Source: Octopus vulgaris (taxonomy: Eukaryota). Taken from it: a stretch of 64,000 nucleotides of DNA. The position numbers and the translations under genes are program-made. This document shows positions 55,571 through 64,000 of this stretch, in pieces (position 1 is the first letter of the stretch; each line of letters opens with the position of its first letter). The stretch lies in the NCBI GenBank assembly GCA_951406725.2, contig OX597828.1:25730001-25794000 (forward strand), in the 5' to 3' direction. The notes under the pieces are model-generated. The model searched no databases. It saw only the letters and a program-made list of their open reading frames with translations, and was not told where the DNA came from.

Positions 55571-57030
55571 ACTCTTTACATCAAGTCACTTGTGAGGTCT
55601 CTAATGAGTGCTACTGATAACATGGAATCAAGTACAACTTGATGAAATGGTTTGCTAGACACCCGACGGTACTAGAAACAAGGCCTGTCAAATGGACGGA
55701 TGAATCTAGTGCAGGTGCAACGATTTTCTAGTAATAGCTCAGGGTTTCAAAAATTCTGGGTTGGTTCCGATGTGCTGGAAGCCCACTGCGAATGAAGCCT
55801 TTCTCAAGTTTTGTTAAAACATATCTCTAGGGAAGGTCACATAAAACCAGAGATGCAGGAAATGGCATGAGATATTTTGGGGATCTTTCACTTGATCTTG
55901 ATATGAATGATGTTCCCACATGCGAGATCCTGGGACCCATACTGGCGCTGGATATCTTGCCTTGGCTTGACTCAGGATCATGTCAGTGAAATGGAGTGCC
56001 TGTGAAGTGTTCCGCAAGCCCTATTGAGCCTAAAACTTTAGGTTGTGTAATCGCCAGCGAGGCAATATTAGTCCCAAACAGGAATTTTGTATATCATACT
56101 TTATGTAGATACATTGTATGAAAGCGATAATACAGCGATATTCGTTATGAGAAACATCTCATAGACGTTTGACGTATCAGTAACAGGCGAAAGATGTCCA
56201 GTGGTGGCGGTGAAATTGCTAGATCCTAGGATTTCAGAGTATTTGCACGTCATCCGTAGCAAGAAAATCGGGAGTGTATTTTGTACTTTATAAGTCTACA
56301 TCGATAAATTATAGATCAATTGATATATAATTTATCAGCCCTGATTTTGAAGACCTATAATCACAAGCGATCCAACTGTTACCAAGTAATCTGGAGGTTT
56401 TCTGTATATAATGTCAGATATAGTATTACTATATATCATATGAGGGATATTTTGCTGCTATTTCCTACAAGCTGACAAGACAAGTAGCTTCATACAGACA
56501 CACAGAAATCGATTCAACCACATCAAAAATAAATGGCTTCATACTACTGTAAGAAATCATTATAATTCCATTAATATTGGTAACAGAGAAGCGGCTGAGT
56601 TTCTGACTAAATTCCTTCCAGTATATAGTTTCTTAATTCTGTGTTCAAGTCCCCCTCCAGAGCCGACTTTTCCTTTCATTTTCTCTCAGATCGATAATAC
56701 ACGTGCCAATCATGTACTAAGGGTTTGATTCAATTGGCTACACTCCACAGACTTTTGGCTTCGTGCAAAGATGGTGAAATATCAATATTTAAACGTCCTT
56801 GTCGTAAAAATAACGGCAATTTCTATCAATATTAATTGGTCACATTGTCATAAAATTAAGATATATTTTCTTAACTGGTCACTCCTTATAGACAGATTTA
56901 ATCTGATCTTATATCATATTTTTGCTATCAGTGTCTAAGACATAGACTAAGTATCAAATATGATATTTCTGGCGATACACACATGCGTACGTACGTACAC
57001 ACACAAATACATACACATGTACACATACAT

Positions 57031-57116
<86 letters not shown>

Positions 57117-57469
57117 TAATATATATATATAGAGAGAGAAGGAGAGAGAAAGATAGGGAGGGAAAGAGAGGGAGGGAGAGGGAGAGCGAAAGAGACAGAG
57201 AGAGGTATAGTTACATATAAATAAAACAGCTTGGGCAAGATGTACAAAATGTACATCCATATCGAGATGTAAATAGAGCGAAAGCAAAGACTGAAAATAG
57301 TCGGTCGATGAACATTTATGCGTAAATACACTGAGTACAAAGTGTCAAAATCTAAGACGTATTTCCGAGTCCCCAGAAACAGCTGTCGGACCTGAAATAC
57401 CTTATTCTCTCCCCTTTACTTTTTGCGTCCTTCTATTCTGTATAGGTGCGTTCTGTTGATATACAAACA

Positions 57470-57851
57470 TCTCTCTATATATAAACGGCAGTTTGTCTGT
57501 CTGCGTGTCTGTGTGTCTGTTAGGTTGTACCCTCACCCTGACCACGGCTTTCAACCGATTCTGATGAAACTTGACACACACATAGCCCAATGTCATAATT
57601 CAAAGCTAACGCAGCGAAAATTTTGAAAAGTTCCCCTAGTTCTGAAAAAAATCGATAAATTCGACATGGAGTCGAGAATCAGAAACACAAACCACAGACT
57701 GTCTAGGGGACGCAACTCGACCTTTTTAACTCTCAAAAAATTTACCATCATTTTTTTTCCATTTTTTTGCTATTTTTTGGCTATAACTCTCTAAAAATGC
57801 TTTAAAGTTATTTCCCTTACAAACCCGAGCAACGCCGGGCGATACTGCTAG
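57470..57851 (+). mobile_element. Non-autonomous Helitron H1 copy 3 (complete)
   Basis: A|TC start at 57470, 3' hairpin, CTAG|T end at 57851. Confidence 0.93.
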
Positions 57852-58122
57852 TTTATACATAAATGTTCTTCGATTGAATATTTTCTGTCTTTGCTTTCGC
57901 ACTATTTGCATGTAGATATGTATGTATATCTTATATATCTAGTCCATGCGGTTTTATTTGTTTATTTGCTTCCTTATCTCCATATCTGCTCACTCGGATT
58001 CCACTAATAGCCATTCCTTACCCCAAGGACTTAGTCTTCGCTAAAGATTTCAGAATCTAAGTTCAAATCATTTGAGCGCTAAAAGTGTTTTCTGTATTGA
58101 TCATCTCTCGACCTCATCTGCT

Positions 58123-58170
<48 letters not shown>

Positions 58171-58277
58171 TTAAATAAGAAGAGTGAAAAATTGAATATT
58201 AATTCAATTAATATCAATTTAAAACCAGTAGCCTAGCATATTCAAAGATCTGAAGATTCAGAAAGATTATGCTACAC

Positions 58278-58498
58278 ATATGTAAGGGGGATGACCACTA
58301 AGTGAACATCCATTATGCTAGATGTAGACCTCATATGGTCTGACCACTAAGAAAAGATTGTTCTCAAGAAAATTCAGCAAACTCCAGAACGTAAGCGAGC
58401 GTTTGCTGAATTTTCTTGAGAATAATCTTTTCTTAGTGGTCAGATCATATGGGGTCTACATCTAGCATATTGGATGTCCACTAGGTGGTCATCTCGCT

Positions 58499-58505
<7 letters not shown>
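58278..58505. mobile_element. Foldback element with 105-bp arms and an 18-nt loop
   Basis: Arms 58278-58382 and 58401-58505 are roughly 90% complementary by eye. Lies between (TA)n tracts. Confidence 0.9.
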
Positions 58506-58544
<39 letters not shown>

Positions 58545-58561
58545 TACACATACGCACACAC

Positions 58562-58609
<48 letters not shown>

Positions 58610-58876
58610 TTTATTTTAAGAAATAAGCTATTGAATGTATCTTTGTTATTTAATGAAAGAGCGTCTAAAAATGATGCAAGCTAAACATGACAACATTTTT
58701 TTATGCTGGATAGAGACAGAACCTATAACCGGAAATACTAAATATGTATACTGGACAGAAAAATAAAAAATGAGAAACCGGTTTATTCGCATAGACACGC
58801 ATAAAGATACATCCAGATAAAACACAAATATACTACGCTACCCACACATAAACGCTAATTCATTCTTAGCTGCATG

Positions 58877-58947
<71 letters not shown>

Positions 58948-58974
58948 ACGCGTGTATTTATATATGTATATATC

Positions 58975-59175
58975 TATTACTTTTTGATGGTTCCACTGCA
59001 GCCATGCTGGGGCATCGCCTTGAATGGTTTTAGTCGAACAAACCGACGTAGTATTTATTTTAAAACCTGGTATTCGTTCTATCGGTCTCTTTTTTGCCGA
59101 ACCAGTGATTTTCGAGGATGTAAACAAACTAACATGGGTTACCAATAGGATGGGAAGGCAAGTAGAAACACAAAT
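58975..59175 (-). mobile_element. SINE family A 3' half, diverged
   Basis: ACTGCAGCCATGCTGGGGCATCGCC..TCTATCGGTCTCTTTTTTGCCGAACC. Confidence 0.7.
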
Positions 59176-59218
59176 ATACATACACACACACACACACACA
59201 CGAATATATATATATATA

Positions 59219-59412
59219 TGGAGAGAATTCACGAAAAAAAAAGACGTTCGAAGACAGATGGTGTAGAAAACAAACATATGTATTAGTATAACGCTCGGAA
59301 ATTGAAAAAGTCTTTAGCGTTTCGAGCCTACACTCTTCCATAGAAAAGAACACAGAAAGAAACAAGGAGAGAAAAAAATGTGTGTAATGGCTATCGATCT
59401 ATCATGGCGAAT
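59219..59412 (-). mobile_element. Second copy of the 30835-31040 repeat
   Basis: Shares GAAGACAG.TGGTGTA..TATTAGTATAACGCTC..GTTTCGAGCCTAC.CTCTTC. Confidence 0.8.
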
Positions 59413-59567
59413 GCCAGACAGATGGGTCATACAGGAGAGCAAAGCAGTAGGGGAGATAACAAAATAGTAGTGATCCCAAAACGAAGGTGCGCGTGTGTAT
59501 AAAAGAGTACGTATGTGCGTGTGAAAGAGGGCTGGTGATCTTGACGTGTGCATGTGTGTATGTGTAG

Positions 59568-59620
<53 letters not shown>

Positions 59621-59658
59621 TAAATAGATTGATAGATAGATAGACAGACATACAAACG

Positions 59659-59692
<34 letters not shown>

Positions 59693-59959
59693 TAGATAGA
59701 TAGATATATAAATAGATAGATAGATAGATCCAATATAGGTAAAATCAACAAGAAAAATATAAAGAGTTTTCCATACGGTGAGAGGTAATTATCGATTAAA
59801 CACAAAACCGAAAAAGTTACAAATAGTTTCATGCTCTTATGGTACTTTAGATATATTTATAGAATGCACCACATATCTTCAAGCAATCTTTCAGGCTCTG
59901 TTTATGCATTTACAAACAAAGATGCTGGATAGTGAGAAAAGAACGAGAAAAAATGAGCT

Positions 59960-60322
59960 AAGAAGATTGATGCAAAAAATGGAATTATGTGAAAGAAACG
60001 AAAGGAAGAAAACCAAGCTAGCCGTCTTCCCTGATTGCAGAAACCACAATTCATGCAGTCGGTATGGAATAGAATAATAGAAAATATGTCAAACTCTGCG
60101 ATAGCGCAAATCAGTCCGAAGCGGGTGGTGTCCTCCAGTTCCACAAATCATGTCCATATGGCTGTACATGCTAAAATTTCAATTGCTGTCTCTTAGACTT
60201 TGATACATTTTCTGTTATTTTGTTCCATACCAACTGTATTAGTTGTGATTTCTACAATCAGGGAGTACCGGGATCTTGGTTTCGTTTCCTTCTTCTCGTT
60301 CCATTTTTGCATCGATCTTCTT
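59960..60322. repeat. Old diverged inverted repeat (~140-bp arms)
   Basis: 59960-60105 pairs with 60185-60322. Also mirrored in the opposite-strand ORFs (..PDCRNHN). Confidence 0.8.
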
Positions 60323-60512
60323 CGCCATTTTCTTCACGTATTTTACTTGACTTATTTTCTCATTGTTCAGCGACCTTGTTTTTAAAATATATATAACGCA
60401 TAAAAGATTATCTGGGGGTGCATGGTATATTTTATAAAGATGCTTAATTAAAGTATCATAAAAGCCTGAAACTATAAGTAGCCCTCTCGGCCCTGTATTA
60501 AAATTACACATA

Positions 60513-60677
60513 GGCGCAGGAGTGGCTGTGTGGTAAGTAGCTTGCTTACAAACCACATGGTTCCAGGTTCAGTCCCACTGCGTGGCATCTTGGGCAAGTG
60601 TCTTCTGCTATAGCCCCGGGCCGACCAATGCCTTGTGAGTCGATTTGGTAGACGGAAACTGAAAGAAGCCTGTCGTA

Positions 60678-60742
<65 letters not shown>

Positions 60743-60965
60743 ATTTGTGTGTATTTGTGTGTCTGTGTTTGTCCCCCTTGCATTGCTTGACAACCGATGC
60801 TGGTGTGTTTACGTCTCCGTCACTTAGCGATTCGGCAAAAGAGACCGATAGAATAAGTACTGGGCTTACAAAAGAATAAGTCCCGGAGTCGATTTGCTCG
60901 ACTAAAGGAGGTGCTCCAGCATGGCCGCAGTCAAATGACTGAAACAAATAAAAGAGTAAAGAGTA
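60513..60965 (+). mobile_element. SINE family A, full length
   Basis: GGCGCAGGAGTGGCTGTGTGG head through the AAAGAGTA tail. Confidence 0.92.
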
Positions 60966-60966
60966 T

Positions 60967-60997
<31 letters not shown>

Positions 60998-61732
60998 GTA
61001 TATAATGCTTATATAATACCATTCAGGCTTTTGGGTCGGCGTAACAGAGCTGCTCGTTGTTCTCTATATATTTCTGTTCAGGTATACCCATTTGTTTAAA
61101 AATCAATATTTACCGGTTCCATCCGATCCCAGCTGAACCATTCCTGATGAAATAAGACTGCTGACTATTCCATTTTTACGGTCTAATTCGTTGTTTAACT
61201 GTTCTCATTTAAACCTAAATTTGTGTCTAGCCAAGAGAAACGTCGCTCATGGCTTTATTTATTCATGAAGCTATTCACGCTTAACTCTAATTCTATCCCC
61301 TGTATTCTTTCTGTGCTTTCTTTCTTTCCTGCTTTCTTTCTTTCTTTCTTTCTTTCTTTTTTCGTTGTTCCTTTCTTTTTTTCTTTTGCTCTCCCAATGG
61401 CTTCACGCTATTATATGTCATCATACCAGTTTCCCCGCCACCATCAACACCACTACCACCTTCACATCCACCACCACCACCACCACCACTGCCACCACCA
61501 CCACCACCACCACCACCACCACCACCTTCACCAACACCGCCACCACTACCATCACCTCCACCGCCGCCGCCGCCGTCACCACTACCAACAACAACAACAT
61601 TAACACGATAACAATCACCATCGTCACTGTCACTGCCAACCCCACTACCACCATTACCAGCATCATCATCATCATCACTACCACCACAAATACCACTCAC
61701 ACAACAACCACTGCTACTATTGTACACCTCCA

Positions 61733-61763
<31 letters not shown>

Positions 61764-62508
61764 CACATTCACTATTACCATCATCACACCACTAGCACCT
61801 CCATGGCCAACACTACCACTACCACCACAAACACCACTAACACGACCACCACCACCAACAACAACACCTCTACCGCCAACACCACCACCAACACCATCAA
61901 CAACCACCCCAATCTGTATACCCTCTCTCCCCTCCTCTCTTTCTATATATACATACAAACGTACATATATGTATACATAGATATACATTTATGTATGTAC
62001 AGATATGTGTGTGCATGTGTCTGGATATGTGTGTGTGTGTGTCTGTGTATGTGTGTGTATGCGTGTGTGTGTGTGTGATATATAATTGTTTTAATCTTAA
62101 CAATTGCTCAGCGTGAATGTCTATTGGAAGCTTTCAGTCTAATGAATCTCTTTTCCTCTATCTCTGTCTCTGTCTGTCTGTCTCTCTCTCTCTCTTTCTC
62201 TCCATCCCTATATATATGTTTACATATATTCATATATATAAATATATACGTATGCATGTATATATGTATGTACATATAAAATGCATATATATATATATAT
62301 ATATATATTTATTTTATTTTATATCTAGTTTCAGCTCACGAGCTGTGGCCATGCTGGGTTACCGTCATTCGGTGTTGCAACATGATTTTACTTCACGAAT
62401 GCTTTTTAGCAATTGACATTTGGTGCATGAGAGAGTTTGATGCAGCTGCCCTCATCTGCACCTCCTACCATGAAGTTGGTTCATCTGGGACACCTGACAG
62501 GAAGAGGT

Positions 62509-62800
<292 letters not shown>

Positions 62801-64000
62801 ATCCTCTATTTTCATTAATGATAATTTAATATAATTAATTATATTTAATTTAATATATATTCATTTCAATGTTTTTATTTCAAGTTTTAATTTGCTACAT
62901 GCAAACCCCACAGTTTATTCTATGTACATAAAAAAATTATTTATTGAATGAATGAATGCTATTAGACAAAATAGCTGTATAACTTTAAGGCTTATGATAC
63001 GAGACACAATTTCAAGAATAATATCAGTTTCCGGAGTTTGCGAAATGAACATTTTTAATATATCGGTATAACTTTAAAAAAAAAAAAATTCAGAAGTGAT
63101 TTTGTTGGTATGGCTGTTTGGAATTATGAGATCTCTGCTATTTCTAGCACGCTAAATGTAGTTGGGCTACATTGAATCTTGTTTAAATTGGAGATATATC
63201 AGAATTACGATAAATTGCTGAAAGAAATATTTACTAAGCAAGAGAGATTTTTTAATAAATTTAATTTTTCAGGAAAATTTACTTTCTGAACTTCCCTTTG
63301 TTATTGAATATTTCAAGTTCACAAATTTAGATTTTCGGTACAAGTTAGCTTTTCAACGAGCTTATATTTATACGATTTTTTCATTTCATGTTTATTTCAT
63401 TCATTCTTTGCAATGTTTTCACTTCCCTTCTCTCTCTCTTTCCCCCTTCTCTCTCTCACTGTCTCTTTAATATAAACACACACACAGGTTTGATTTCGTC
63501 ATTACTCTAATATCACATTAGAATTTTGCAATTCAAGAAAGTATGCGACTGAAAAAGAACATTTAGCTGCAAAGACACGATGGCAGAGAGAAAGGCGGGC
63601 AACTGAATCAAATAAATCCCGGATAAAACAACTGAGACAAATCTGTGGATATGCACGTACCCGTAGACATGATTCTGTTTCCGCTACACATGACTGACTG
63701 GTTAGGGTATCTGGAGAGGAGAATATTCTACTTCAAAATAAGACGCTGTGTCAGCTCTCAGCATCTGTGACTGTTCAGCTGCCTATTGAAAATCAGTATC
63801 AAATTGGAAGCCTTCCAAACAGAAACACCAGTGCCAACAAAAAGGGTGCTGAGAGACGAAAGCGAATATTTATAGCAGAAGTACAGAAAAAAAAATTTCA
63901 AACTTGGAAGAAATCTGTTAAAAGATTAACAATGAAAGCCAGTTTCGATAATTTTTAAGAACAAGCTGTCCTGTCTATTGTATAGCCACATAATTCTGGG

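Overview
This is eukaryotic, AT-rich, microsatellite-dense, non-genic DNA (intergenic or a long intron). The SINE repertoire suggests a cephalopod, probably Octopus; this is inferred from recalled repeat families, not from a search. No intact host gene is supportable, and almost all ORFs in the track are microsatellite artefacts. The window holds at least four tRNA-derived SINE families, non-autonomous Helitrons, and decayed LINE pieces (Tx1/L1, R4/Dong, RTE, CR1-like). It also has a Penelope GIY-YIG fragment, a DD37D-type Tc1/mariner fragment, several foldback hairpin elements beside (TA)n tracts, and local tandem duplications. Three signals stand out. (1) Minimal type I hammerhead-ribozyme motifs occur throughout: two keep the full core and helix I (6967-7029, 8307-8388), and about seven are decayed, often next to (TA)n tracts and once inside a foldback element. 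(2) A 13 x 42-bp indel-free array (46660-47190) has a perfect CRE palindrome TGACGTCA in every unit and is also an open frame behind a splice acceptor. (3) A strand-specific, G-U-rich, pre-miRNA-like hairpin lies at 50190-50270.
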